Part shown: in pieces, positions 47,877-57,468 of the stretch
How the letters are laid out: each line of letters starts with the position of its first letter
Position numbering within the stretch: the first letter of the stretch is position 1
Assembly: GCA_965277805.1 (NCBI GenBank)
Contig: OZ255842.1
Span: 800,001 to 864,000 of the forward strand
Reading direction: 5' to 3'
DNA: 64,000 nucleotides
Source: Candidatus Lustribacter sp.
GTDB lineage: Bacteria > Vulcanimicrobiota > Vulcanimicrobiia > Vulcanimicrobiales > Vulcanimicrobiaceae
Translations under genes and position numbers: made by a program
The notes under the pieces: generated by a model
What the model was told of the DNA's origin: nothing
The model's database searches: none
The model's input: the letters and a program-made list of their open reading frames with translations, nothing else

Positions 47877-49621
47877 AACAGCGGGGCGACGACGACCGAG
47901 ATGACCGCGGGCAGGCCGAGTTCGTTGGCTCGGCGGGCACGGTTGAGGGCTGGGCTCACGTCGGCCGGGTCGGTGACGGTTTCGCCGTAGGCGCCGCAGG
48001 CTTCGGCTTCTTTGGCGAAATCGATGGCGGCGAAGGTGCCGCCCTCGTAGGCGACTTTTTTCGCGTACGAGTCCGGATACATCGTGGAGACTTGCAGCGT
48101 GCCGGTGCTGTAGGCGCCGTTCTGGAAGATCACGATGGTGAATGGCGCGCCGTAGGTTTTGGCGGCTAAGAGCGCGGCGTTGGCGGTGCTGAACATGTAG
48201 AAGCCGTCGCCGGTGACGGCGATGACGTGTTTGTCGGGGCGCGCGAGTTTCACGCCCAGTGCAGCGCCGGGCGTGTAGCCGCCGCTGCTGGCGGGGTTGG
48301 CGATGTAGGAACCGGGCTCGGAGCACTGTAGATAGCGCTCGACCTGGTTGTGCGGGAGCGTTTCGTCGAGCACGATCGAATCGGTGCCGGCAAATGCGCC
48401 GATTTCGTGCGAGACCCAGAGCGGATCGATCGGCGTCTTGGTGGAGCGGCTTTGCGCGTTGCGTTCGGCTTCGGCGCGCCGTTCGGCATTGGATGCTTCC
48501 AAGCGCGCGCGGCGGGTTTCGATGCGCGCGCGGTCGGCGGCGGTGATCGTTTCGCGTACGACCGACGTCAGTGCTTCGATCGCGTTGAGCGGGCCGGACG
48601 TGAGGCGCAGGTCGGCCGTGAATTCGAACGTCGGAATGCGCGCGCGGATCGGGTCCGCATCGATGACCGCAACGTAGGCCGACGGCGGCGGCGCGGCTGC
48701 ACCGGGTACCCACGGCACGTTCGCGTCGAGTGCGACGACGACGTCGGCGTCGGCCAGCGGCACGGCTCCGAGGTTCAGCGGATGGTTGAACGGGAAGCAC
48801 AGGTACGACCGGAACGCCGACGTTGCGACCGGCAACGCGAGCAATTCGCACAACGTCACCAACGCCGCGACGGTTCGCGTGTCGCGTCCCGAACTCGACA
48901 CGACCACGTATGGGCGTTCGGCCGCGAGCAAACGCTGCGCGATCTCGCGGATGCCGTCGGGATCCGCTGCAGCGGGCCGCGGAATGCCGAGTTGCGACGC
49001 CGACGGGAACGACGTTTCGCGTGCGGGCAGAAGCGCGATTTCGCGCGGCACGCTCATGTAGACCGGCCCGCGCGGATCGCTCTGCGCGATCTGAAGGCCG
49101 CGGCTCGCCATCAGTCCGGGATTATCCTGATATTCGAGGCGATGGTCCCACTTCACGTAGTTGCGCACGATGCCGTTCTGGTCGTACGACTGCTGCATCC
49201 ACAGATGACCGCCGCGATCGCGCGAGCCTTTCATCGACCCCGGATACGAGACCGGCGGCCCGCCGGCCATGATCATCACCGGCACGCCCGCGTGCGCCGC
49301 GGTGTGGATCGCGCCGCCGTAATGATACGTTCCGGTGTCGACGTGCACCGCGGTTGCGGCCGGCTTGCCGCTCGCCGCCGCATACCCCAACGCCGCGTTC
49401 AAGCTCGCATGCTCGTGCGTCATCGTGATCAGGCGCGGCGCGGGACGGCCGAGCGCGTTCGCCTTCGCGATCGCTTCCTGGTACCACACGATCTCGGCGC
49501 CCGAGGTGAAGAAGAGATGATCGACGCCGCCCGCCGTAAGCGCGGTGACGACGGCTTCGCCGACGTCGGCACCGGCCGGGACTTCGGTCCACTGGTGCGC
49601 GGTCTTCTCGAGCATGTCCAT
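47873..49621 (-). CDS. thiamine pyrophosphate-dependent enzyme (acetolactate synthase/benzoylformate decarboxylase-like)
   Basis: HEHAS, GPVYMSVPRE, TGDGFY...QNG TPP motif; AAGGAG RBS before MDMLEK. Confidence 0.88.
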   Translation of the reverse strand: MDMLEKTAHQWTEVPAGADVGEAVVTALTAGGVDHLFFTSGAEIVWYQEAIAKANALGRPAPRLITMTHEHASLNAALGYAAASGKPAATAVHVDTGTYHYGGAIHTAAHAGVPVMIMAGGPPVSYPGSMKGSRDRGGHLWMQQSYDQNGIVRNYVKWDHRLEYQDNPGLMASRGLQIAQSDPRGPVYMSVPREIALLPARETSFPSASQLGIPRPAAADPDGIREIAQRLLAAERPYVVVSSSGRDTRTVAALVTLCELLALPVATSAFRSYLCFPFNHPLNLGAVPLADADVVVALDANVPWVPGAAAPPPSAYVAVIDADPIRARIPTFEFTADLRLTSGPLNAIEALTSVVRETITAADRARIETRRARLEASNAERRAEAERNAQSRSTKTPIDPLWVSHEIGAFAGTDSIVLDETLPHNQVERYLQCSEPGSYIANPASSGGYTPGAALGVKLARPDKHVIAVTGDGFYMFSTANAALLAAKTYGAPFTIVIFQNGAYSTGTLQVSTMYPDSYAKKVAYEGGTFAAIDFAKEAEACGAYGETVTDPADVSPALNRARRANELGLPAVISVVVAPLF

Positions 49622-49632
49622 GGCGTGGCTCC

Positions 49633-50784
49633 TTAGCGAACTTTGAGGCCCATCAGGCCGGCCAGCACGTTGCGCTGCATCTCCGAGGTGCCGGCGGCGA
49701 TCGTCGAACTCCGCGAGTCGCGGAAGTGGCGTTGCATATCGTACTCCATGCTGTAGCCATAGCCTCCGAAGATCTGCATCCCGGCGTTGGCGACCTTGAC
49801 GTAGACTTCCGAGGCGAACAGCTTGGCCATCGTGATCTCGCGCAGCGCGTCCTGGCCGTTGGAAACCATCCAAGCGGCACGCCACATGAGCGTGCGCGCC
49901 GCATCGATCTCGGTTTGGAGGTCGGCCAGGGTGTGGGCGATCGACTGGTTCGTTCCGATCGGCCGCCCGAATTGCACGCGTTCCTTCGCGTAGGCGAGCG
50001 CAAGGTCGAAGGCGGCGAGTGCGCCGCCGCAACTGCCCGCGGCAGAACACACGCGCTCGATCTGCAGGCCGGCGAGCACGCAGTCCCAGCCTTTGTTCTC
50101 CCCGCCCACGACGCGATCGGCCGGCACGCGCACGTCGTTGAAGAACACTTCGTAGGTGCCGGTGCAGCGCCGGCCGAGCATGTCGAGCTTGCGCAGCTGG
50201 ACGCCCGGCGTATCGTTGTCGATGAGCAGCAGCGACATTCCCTCGCGGTAGTTCTTGTCACGGTCGGTCTTGAGGTAGACGTTCATCACGGTGTTCTTCG
50301 CACCGGCGCCGGTCGCCCAGAGTTTCTGGCCGTTCACCACGTAGTGGTCGCCGTCGCGTACCGCGTACGTGCGCATCGCGCCGATGTCGGAACCTGCTTC
50401 AGGCTCCGAGATCGCGATCGCCATCCGTACTTCGCCGGCGAAGAGTTTGGGCAGCCAGTGCTGCTTTTGCTCCTCCGTGCCCTTGCGCATGATATTGAGC
50501 CCGGTGAAGACGCTACCGGCGTAGGACATGAAGAAGTCGGGGCTCTTGCGCGCGAGCTCTTCGGCGATGATCGTCAAGTCGATCACCGATCCGCCGAGGC
50601 CGTCGTACTCCTCGGGAAAGGGCATGCTGAGCAAGCCCGCTTCGACCCACTTCTCGTAGAGCTCGTAGGGATAGCCCTGTTCGCGATCGAGCCGCCGGAT
50701 GTACTCCGGCGGCGCGTGCGTGTCCATCAGTTGCCTGACGGTTTCGCGGAGCAGCTTTTGCTCGTCGGTAAAAGCGAAATCCAT
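49633..50784 (-). CDS. acyl-CoA dehydrogenase family protein
   Basis: ISEPEAGSD, NGQKLW, RVQFGRPIG, QIFGGYGY, GTSEMQR. Confidence 0.93.
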   Translation of the reverse strand: MDFAFTDEQKLLRETVRQLMDTHAPPEYIRRLDREQGYPYELYEKWVEAGLLSMPFPEEYDGLGGSVIDLTIIAEELARKSPDFFMSYAGSVFTGLNIMRKGTEEQKQHWLPKLFAGEVRMAIAISEPEAGSDIGAMRTYAVRDGDHYVVNGQKLWATGAGAKNTVMNVYLKTDRDKNYREGMSLLLIDNDTPGVQLRKLDMLGRRCTGTYEVFFNDVRVPADRVVGGENKGWDCVLAGLQIERVCSAAGSCGGALAAFDLALAYAKERVQFGRPIGTNQSIAHTLADLQTEIDAARTLMWRAAWMVSNGQDALREITMAKLFASEVYVKVANAGMQIFGGYGYSMEYDMQRHFRDSRSSTIAAGTSEMQRNVLAGLMGLKVR

Positions 50785-50800
50785 CAGGCCGCGGGCGCGG

Positions 50801-51829
50801 TCAGCGCTCTTCGCGCCAGAATCCGAGCAGTTCTTGCGGTCCGCGGTCGGAGTAGGAGAAGATCACGGCGTCTTCTGAGGCTTTGTGCGTGTACTTCATC
50901 CAGCTCGGCACCACGATGACGTCGTGCGGTTCCCAGTCGAACGTCGTATTGCCGACGGTCGTCGTCCCGGTGCCTTCGACCGGCACGAACACCGTGCTGT
51001 CGGTGGCGCGGTAGGGTTTCGTCTCGAAGCCTCTGGGCAGCAGCTGCATGAACGTGCTCATCGTCGGAATCGCGTCGCCGCCGGTCAGCGGGTTGATGTA
51101 GCGCATCTTGTAGCCGAACCACGGGCTCGGATCTTCGGCGCGCGTCATCGCGTCGAGCGCTTCACGCGTGCGATCGTACGGATAGCTGAAGATCGGCGAG
51201 GTCTTGGCCGTGTGCTTGTGATCGACCGGCACGAGGTTCGCGCCGTAGCGATGGATTGAATCGTACTCGGGCTTCGTCGGCTCGATCGGATCTTCGTTGA
51301 TCCAGCCTTCGCGGAAGCTCGCCTCGAACAACCGCACCATGTGCATGTCGAGACCGTCGAGCCAGACCATCGGTTCGTTCGTGTGATTGCCGTGATCGTG
51401 ATACGTCCACGACGGCGTGATGACGAAGTCGCCGGGCTTCATGAACGTGCGCTCGCCGTCGACCAGCGTGTATGCGCCGTTGCCTTCGATGATGAAGCGC
51501 AGCGCGGCTTGAATGTGCCGGTGCGGCGGCGCGACTTCGCCCGGCATGATCAGCTGGAAGCCGCCGAAAAGGCTGTTGGTGATCTTCGACTCGCCGGGCA
51601 AATTCGGGTTCTCGAACACGAGGACGCGGCGTTCCGCTTCCTTTGCCGTAATAACGCCGGCGGATTCGAGCAGCGTCGGGCGGATCTCACGATAACGCCA
51701 GCGATACGGCGCGATGACCGTTTTGGGCTCGGCGGTGACGAGGCCGCCGAGAACGTCCCACAGCGGGGCCAGATGCTGGTCGCGGATCCGGCGAACGTAC
51801 TCGGCACGTGAAGCGGGCGGTGCTATCAT
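50801..51829 (-). CDS. gtdA: gentisate 1,2-dioxygenase-like bicupin
   Basis: AERRVLVFENP, PGEVAPPHRH..AALRF, HDHGN, WLDGLD, YINPLTG. Confidence 0.82.
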   Translation of the reverse strand: MIAPPASRAEYVRRIRDQHLAPLWDVLGGLVTAEPKTVIAPYRWRYREIRPTLLESAGVITAKEAERRVLVFENPNLPGESKITNSLFGGFQLIMPGEVAPPHRHIQAALRFIIEGNGAYTLVDGERTFMKPGDFVITPSWTYHDHGNHTNEPMVWLDGLDMHMVRLFEASFREGWINEDPIEPTKPEYDSIHRYGANLVPVDHKHTAKTSPIFSYPYDRTREALDAMTRAEDPSPWFGYKMRYINPLTGGDAIPTMSTFMQLLPRGFETKPYRATDSTVFVPVEGTGTTTVGNTTFDWEPHDVIVVPSWMKYTHKASEDAVIFSYSDRGPQELLGFWREER

Positions 51830-51839
51830 GGCGCGTAAT

Positions 51840-52994
51840 TCAACGAAGAGCGATGACAGTCTTGTCGGCAGTGCGTCCCTGGGCGTAGTACTGGCCGATC
51901 ATTTCGACGAGCGGTCGATCGCTGACCGTGTAGAGTACGGCGTCCTCGGTCAAGCTGGTATTGACGTGATGGTACCAGAGGCTATTGGGCACCACGAACA
52001 CGTCGTTGCGTCCCCACTCGAAACGCTGACCGTTGACCTCGGTATAGCCGCTTCCGCCGAGGACGCAGAACAGGGTGCTCGCCGTGTGCCGGAAAGACTG
52101 CGTGCTCTCGCCGCCCCGCAGCAGTTGCGCGCCGTATGCAAAAGCCGGAAACGGATGGGCGTGCGTGAGCGGGTTGACGAACTCGACGCCGCGGCCGCGG
52201 TGCGCATCGCCGGGATAGTCGCGCATCGCTGCGAGCGTGTGCAGAATGTCGACGCCGCGATACTGAAAGTACGGCGAGGTATTGATGCCCGAGCCGCGCT
52301 CGAAGGGTTCGAACGTCGGCGAGATGCCGCCCGCGCCGTAGAACGTGCGCGAGAAGCCGGCCGGGACATCCGGAACCTTGGCCGCCTCGGCGTAGTCTTC
52401 GCGAATCCAGATCAAGCCGAGGAAATCGAGCAGCGGCCAATCGAGCACGTCCATCCAGATGACCGGCTCTTTGTCGTCGTTGCCGTGACCGTGCCAGGTG
52501 CCGTTGGGCGTGAAGATGAGATCGCCGCGTTCGGCCGGGCAGCGCTCGCCCTCGACGAGCGAATAACCGCCCGACTCGGAGAGAATCGTGCGGCTCGCGT
52601 TGGGCGAGTGCTGATGGATCGGCGCGGTGTCGCCGGGCTTGTAGATCGAGATCGCAACGCGAATCGAGTTCGCGATGCGCAGCTCGCCGCCGAAACCGGG
52701 ATTGAGCAGTTGCAGTTGCTGGCGATCGGTTTGCTCGATCGAACACAGCTCGGCCACTTTGGTGAGGTAGTGCTCGATATCGCGCCACTTCCAGAGAAAC
52801 GGCACCGCGCGGCGGCCGGCCGGTAAGGCATTCGCCGCGATCTTCGGCGGCGCAACGGTATCGGTGACGTGCCACGGTTGTTGCAGCGGCGAGTTGGCGC
52901 GCGTGCGCATCCAAATATGGAGATGGGCCGCCTCTTCGTTGAGGCGCTCCATCTCGGCCATATTTTCTTTGACCGACGCCGATGTAACCGTCAT
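51840..52994 (-). CDS. gentisate/1-hydroxy-2-naphthoate dioxygenase-like bicupin (second)
   Basis: HQHSPNASR, TPNGTWHGHGN, WMDVLDWP, FVNPLT, SDRP. Confidence 0.8.
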   Translation of the reverse strand: MTVTSASVKENMAEMERLNEEAAHLHIWMRTRANSPLQQPWHVTDTVAPPKIAANALPAGRRAVPFLWKWRDIEHYLTKVAELCSIEQTDRQQLQLLNPGFGGELRIANSIRVAISIYKPGDTAPIHQHSPNASRTILSESGGYSLVEGERCPAERGDLIFTPNGTWHGHGNDDKEPVIWMDVLDWPLLDFLGLIWIREDYAEAAKVPDVPAGFSRTFYGAGGISPTFEPFERGSGINTSPYFQYRGVDILHTLAAMRDYPGDAHRGRGVEFVNPLTHAHPFPAFAYGAQLLRGGESTQSFRHTASTLFCVLGGSGYTEVNGQRFEWGRNDVFVVPNSLWYHHVNTSLTEDAVLYTVSDRPLVEMIGQYYAQGRTADKTVIALR

Positions 52995-53006
52995 GGCAGT
53001 CCCCTC

Positions 53007-54494
53007 TCAGTTCTTGGCGAGATCTTCGACTAGGGCGACGAAGGCGCGCACCGGCGTTCCGGTCGGGCCTTTGGCTTGGAAGGACGATTCGTTATCGAGG
53101 TACGCGGTACCGGCGATGTCGAGGTGAATCCACGGCACGTCGGCGACGAAGTTCTTGAGGAATGCGGCAGCCGTCTCCGCCCCGCCGGGCCGTCCGCCGG
53201 TGTTCTTGATGTCGGCGATATCGCTCTTGATCTGACGGTCCCAGTCATCGTAGAGGGGCAGGCGCCAGTAGCGTTCGCCGACGTCGCCGACGATCTTGAG
53301 AAACCGGTCGGCGAAGGCGTCGTCGTTCGACATCACGCCGCTCGCCGCGTGACCGAGGGCGACGACACACGCGCCGGTGAGGGTCGCGGCGTCGACGATC
53401 TTCGTTGCGCCCAATTCGCGCGCGTAGCATAGCGCGTCGGCGAGAATGAGACGGCCCTCGGCGTCGGTGTTGATCACCTCGATCGTCTTGCCGTTCATCG
53501 CGCGCAAGATATCGCCGGGCTTCATCGCCTTCGGTCCGAGGAGGTTCTCGCTCGACGGAACGACGCCGATGACGTTGAGTTTCGGTTTCAGCTTACCGAT
53601 CGCGTACATCGCCGCGATGACGCCCGCGCCGCCGCACATGTCGTACTTCATCTCGTGCATCGCCTCGGCCGGCTTGATCGAGATGCCGCCCGAATCGAAG
53701 GTGAGCCCCTTGCCGACGAGCGCGAGCACTTCTTTGCTCGAGGGATCGCCGCGGTAGGTCATCACCGAGAGCGTCGCCGGTTCGTCCGAGCCGAGCGAGA
53801 CGCCGAGCAGCGAGCCCATTTTCTTTTCTTTCATGCGGGCTTCGTCGAGCATGTCGAATTCGAGGCCGGCTTCGGCGGCGAGTTCTTTGGCGCGCGCCGC
53901 CATGTGCGTCGGCGTCATGTCGTTGCCGGGCGTGAGCGCCATCAGGCGCGCGAAGTTGACCGCTTCGCCGATCACCGTTCCACGGGCGACGCCCGCGTCG
54001 AGCGCGGCGCGATCGAACCCGCCTGCGAAGATCGCGACCGTTTGCGCCATCACCGGCTTGTCGGGTTCGGTGCGATACGTCGTACCGTCGAGCGTTGCCG
54101 TGATGGCGCCTTCGGTTAGGGCCGAGGCGGCGAGCAGCGTGTCAGCCTTCGCTTCGTCGGGCAGCACGAAGGCGAGCGCGGTGTAGTTGCGCTTCCCGAG
54201 CGTCCGCACCGCGGTGCCGCCAAATTTTGCCAGGCTCTGGGGCGTGAACTTCGCGCGGTCGCCGAGCCCGACCAGCGCGACGCGGCGGTAGGGCGCGTTT
54301 TTCGCGTGCACCACTGCCAGCTCGTTCGGCTTCCCTGCGATCTCGCCCGATTCCAGTACGTCCGCGAGCGCGCCGCCCAGTGCCGTATCGATCTCCGCGG
54401 CGATGCCGTCGAGACGTTTGTCGGCGAAGACGGGGATGACGAGCGCGCCGGTCGCGTACGACGCCGGAGCATCGGACGTGATGCGAACCTGCAT
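53007..54494 (-). CDS. pepA: leucyl aminopeptidase (M17)
   Basis: VGKGLTFDSGG, MKYDMCG, NTDAEGRL, ATLTGA, HLDIAG. Confidence 0.96.
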   Translation of the reverse strand: MQVRITSDAPASYATGALVIPVFADKRLDGIAAEIDTALGGALADVLESGEIAGKPNELAVVHAKNAPYRRVALVGLGDRAKFTPQSLAKFGGTAVRTLGKRNYTALAFVLPDEAKADTLLAASALTEGAITATLDGTTYRTEPDKPVMAQTVAIFAGGFDRAALDAGVARGTVIGEAVNFARLMALTPGNDMTPTHMAARAKELAAEAGLEFDMLDEARMKEKKMGSLLGVSLGSDEPATLSVMTYRGDPSSKEVLALVGKGLTFDSGGISIKPAEAMHEMKYDMCGGAGVIAAMYAIGKLKPKLNVIGVVPSSENLLGPKAMKPGDILRAMNGKTIEVINTDAEGRLILADALCYARELGATKIVDAATLTGACVVALGHAASGVMSNDDAFADRFLKIVGDVGERYWRLPLYDDWDRQIKSDIADIKNTGGRPGGAETAAAFLKNFVADVPWIHLDIAGTAYLDNESSFQAKGPTGTPVRAFVALVEDLAKN

Positions 54495-54552
54495 GAGCTT
54501 CCTTTCGATGGTGGAACGGACGAATGCGTATGGTGAGGGGTACGCCCAGCAA

Positions 54553-55569
54553 ATGACCGACGCCTACGCCCGCGCGGGCGTCAACATCGACGCCGGAAAT
54601 GAGACCGTCGAACGCTATCGCGAAGTTACATCCGATTGGCGTCACCCCGATCAGCTTGGCGAGCTCGGGGGCTTTAGCGGCCTCTTTCGGCTCCCCGGCG
54701 ACGGCAAGCGGGCCTTGGTCGCCTCGGCCGACGGCGTCGGCACGAAGATCCTCATTGCGGCGCACATGGGCCGCTACGACGGCGTCGGGCGCGATCTGGT
54801 CAACCACTGCGTCAACGACATCCTGGTGGTCTCAGCCGAGCCGCTATTCTTCCTCGATTACCTTGCGGTGGGCAAGCTCGAGCCGGCGATGGCGTCCGAC
54901 GTCGTGCGCGGCGTGGCCGGGGCGTGCCGGGACAATGCCCTGGCGCTGCTGGGCGGCGAAACGGCCGAAATGCCGGGCCTCTACAAAGCCGGCGACTTCG
55001 ACTTGGCCGGCACGATCGTCGGGCTCGTCGACATCGCGGACATTCCCAATAAGGAACGGGTCGTCGAGGGCGACGCGATCATCGGCCTGCCGTCGGTCGG
55101 ACTGCACACGAACGGCTACACGCTGGCGCGCGCGCTGATCGCGCCCGAAGAGTATGCGCAGCCGTTCAACGGCACGACCTACGGCGATGCGCTGCTCGCA
55201 CCGCATCCGACATATGCCAAGGAAGTGCGCGCGATCCAAAAGGTTGCCGACGTGAAAGCGATGGCGCACATCACCGGCGGCGGTTTGATCGACAACGTGC
55301 CGCGCACGCTGCCGGCATCGTGCATGGCGGTGTTCGAGCAATCGCGCTGGACCGTACCGCCGATCATGGCCGAGCTCGTGCGCCGCGGCAACCTCGAACA
55401 CGAGGAACGCTACCGCACCTTGAACATGGGCGTCGGTTACACGCTGATCGTTCCGTTCATGGATGCGGCCAAAGCGATTGCGGCGGTTCCGTCGGCAACG
55501 GTGGTCGGTTTCGTATCGCCGCGGCAACCGGATGGACCGGCGGTGGCCGTGCACGCCGCGCGAACGTAG
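54553..55569 (+). CDS. purM: phosphoribosylformylglycinamidine cyclo-ligase
   Basis: YARAGVNI, DGVGTK, CVND, GGETAEMP, GLHTNG, HITGGG, NMGVG. Confidence 0.96.
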   Translation: MTDAYARAGVNIDAGNETVERYREVTSDWRHPDQLGELGGFSGLFRLPGDGKRALVASADGVGTKILIAAHMGRYDGVGRDLVNHCVNDILVVSAEPLFFLDYLAVGKLEPAMASDVVRGVAGACRDNALALLGGETAEMPGLYKAGDFDLAGTIVGLVDIADIPNKERVVEGDAIIGLPSVGLHTNGYTLARALIAPEEYAQPFNGTTYGDALLAPHPTYAKEVRAIQKVADVKAMAHITGGGLIDNVPRTLPASCMAVFEQSRWTVPPIMAELVRRGNLEHEERYRTLNMGVGYTLIVPFMDAAKAIAAVPSATVVGFVSPRQPDGPAVAVHAART

Positions 55570-55571
55570 CG

Positions 55572-56690
55572 TTGCCGGTCAACCTCCTCGCGCCGCTCGG
55601 CGATCGCTATCGTCCGGAGGCGTTGCCCGCGGCGATCGAAACGGGCGAACACCTCGGCTATCAGTTGCGGCGCATCGACACGCCCGACGAGCGGTTGTGC
55701 GCGTGGATCGACTGGGAGTTTGCGCCGAGCTGGTGGTCGAGTGAAGTGCGTGACGGTTCGGTGTGGTACGCGCTCGCCGCGGACGGCACGATTGCCGGAT
55801 TCGCGGGCTTCGGTTCGTCCGACCGCTCGTACCACTGGTTGCAGCCGTATCGCAAACGTACCGACGTCGGAATCTTCGGGCCGTACGGCGTGGCGGCAGC
55901 GCACCGCAAGACCGGCCTCGGCGAGGTCTTGCTCGTGGCGGCGCTGTGCGACCTCGCCGCGCGCTATCGCTGGGCGCTCATTCCCGCGGTGAGCGGCGAG
56001 CGGCTCATCACATCGTACGAAGAGCGCGCCGACGCGCACGTTGCCGATTCGTACGACTTCGCGCTGCGCCCGGCTCGCACGGTGATTCTCGCATCGGGCG
56101 AGGGCTCGAATGCGCAAACGGTCATCGACGACGTGCAATCCGGCGACAGCGCGCTCGACATCGTGGCCGTCGTTTCCAACAACGAACGGGCGCATGTGCT
56201 CGAGCGCGCGCGCGAGGCCGGCATCAATGCGCAGGCGATCGTGTGGAACCGCGAGACGGAATCGCGCGCCGCGTACGACGAGCGGTTGACGGCAGCGATC
56301 GGGAATCACGCGCCGGAGTTAATCCTGCTGTTGGGCTGGATGCATCTGTTGCCGGCCGCGTTTCTCGAGCGCTTTCCCGAGACGATCAACATTCATCCGG
56401 CGTTCTTGCCGTACGACTGCGCCGCCGATACGGTCGTGATGCCGGACGGCGCGGAGATCCCCGCATTTCGCGGCGCGCGCGCGCCCGAAGCGACGATTGC
56501 CGCGGGCGTGCGCTGGGGCGGCGCGAGCGTGCACCGCGTCACGGCGGCGACCGACCGCGGCGAGATCATCGTGCGCACGCCGCTGCAGCTCGCACCGGAA
56601 ACGACCCTCGAGCAATTTCGCGCGCGAATTCATCCGATCGAACACGCTGCGGTGACGAAAGCGATCCGCCGCTGGTGTCTCACCTCCTAG
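55572..56690 (+). CDS. purN: GNAT-like domain fused to GAR formyltransferase (PurN)
   Basis: N-terminal FGPYGVAAAHRKTGLG (acetyl-CoA motif A); C-terminal LASGEGSNAQ, GWMHLL, INIHP, SVHRV..TDRG. Confidence 0.82.
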   Translation: MPVNLLAPLGDRYRPEALPAAIETGEHLGYQLRRIDTPDERLCAWIDWEFAPSWWSSEVRDGSVWYALAADGTIAGFAGFGSSDRSYHWLQPYRKRTDVGIFGPYGVAAAHRKTGLGEVLLVAALCDLAARYRWALIPAVSGERLITSYEERADAHVADSYDFALRPARTVILASGEGSNAQTVIDDVQSGDSALDIVAVVSNNERAHVLERAREAGINAQAIVWNRETESRAAYDERLTAAIGNHAPELILLLGWMHLLPAAFLERFPETINIHPAFLPYDCAADTVVMPDGAEIPAFRGARAPEATIAAGVRWGGASVHRVTAATDRGEIIVRTPLQLAPETTLEQFRARIHPIEHAAVTKAIRRWCLTS

Positions 56691-56845
56691 CGAGCGCTTG
56701 GGAGTTCTCCAAGACTTATTCCAGGAACTTTTTTTCCGCGTATGCCGGATAAACGCACGCTCTTCTTGGGAGACGCGTAAGGCTGTTTTTACGTTGCCTG
56801 ATTGGTGAATAAGCACACCAGCAGAACATCGGAGGAACACGCACA

Positions 56846-57271
56846 ATGAACAAACTTTCGGCCGCCATCATCGCGGCAGCGCTCACGGCAAGTCTCTCGA
56901 GCGTCGCACTCGCGCAAGACACGACGTCGATGGCACCGGGAGCGGCATACGGTACCGGCATCACGGACAATCCGTCGGCGAACCGCGACGGCGATCTCAA
57001 CGGTCCGGCAGCAGGCCTCGGCGGTGAGTTCTCGGCGGCGGAACCCAATATGGCGCCGGGCGCTGAAATGGGCTACGGCATCACCGACAATCCATCGGCG
57101 AACCACAATGCGGATGCAAACCTACCGGCAGCGGGTAACGGCGGCGACTTCGGTGCGACGGATTCCGGCAGCACCGCGGGCGAAATCACCGCGAACCCGT
57201 CAGCCAACAAAAACGCCGAAAACAACGCTCCGGCGACCGGTAACGGCGGCGACTTCGCGCCCAACCAATAG
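56846..57271 (+). CDS. secreted Asn/Gly-rich repeat protein (3 NPSAN repeats)
   Basis: GGAGG RBS; signal peptide ..VALA-Q; NPSAN-x5-N-x-PA-x-G(N/L)GG repeats. Confidence 0.82.
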   Translation: MNKLSAAIIAAALTASLSSVALAQDTTSMAPGAAYGTGITDNPSANRDGDLNGPAAGLGGEFSAAEPNMAPGAEMGYGITDNPSANHNADANLPAAGNGGDFGATDSGSTAGEITANPSANKNAENNAPATGNGGDFAPNQ

Positions 57272-57313
57272 CCGCGAACCCAAAAAAAACCCGCGAACCC
57301 CAAAAAAGCGGAG

Positions 57314-57344
57314 ACACGGCGACGGATTTTATCCGCCGCCGTGT
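57314..57344. terminator. stem-loop between the two repeat genes
   Basis: ACACGGCGACGGAT-TTT-ATCCGCCGCCGTGT. Confidence 0.5.
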
Positions 57345-57468
57345 ACGCTTTAGGGCATTTCACGCTCAACGCGACAATCGGTCGCTGTCCTTACGCCCCG
57401 TGCAAGATGGTTTTCAGCGCTCCGTTCCTGTGAATGACTTGAGTCACACTACCCCAGCAGGAGACATC

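Noticed and set aside
57272-57307. Short direct repeat CCGCGAACCC(C)AAAAAA x2, considered as a CRISPR-like array
   Set aside because: Two abutting copies without spacers and no cas genes; probably a local duplication. No CRISPR array is seen anywhere in the window.
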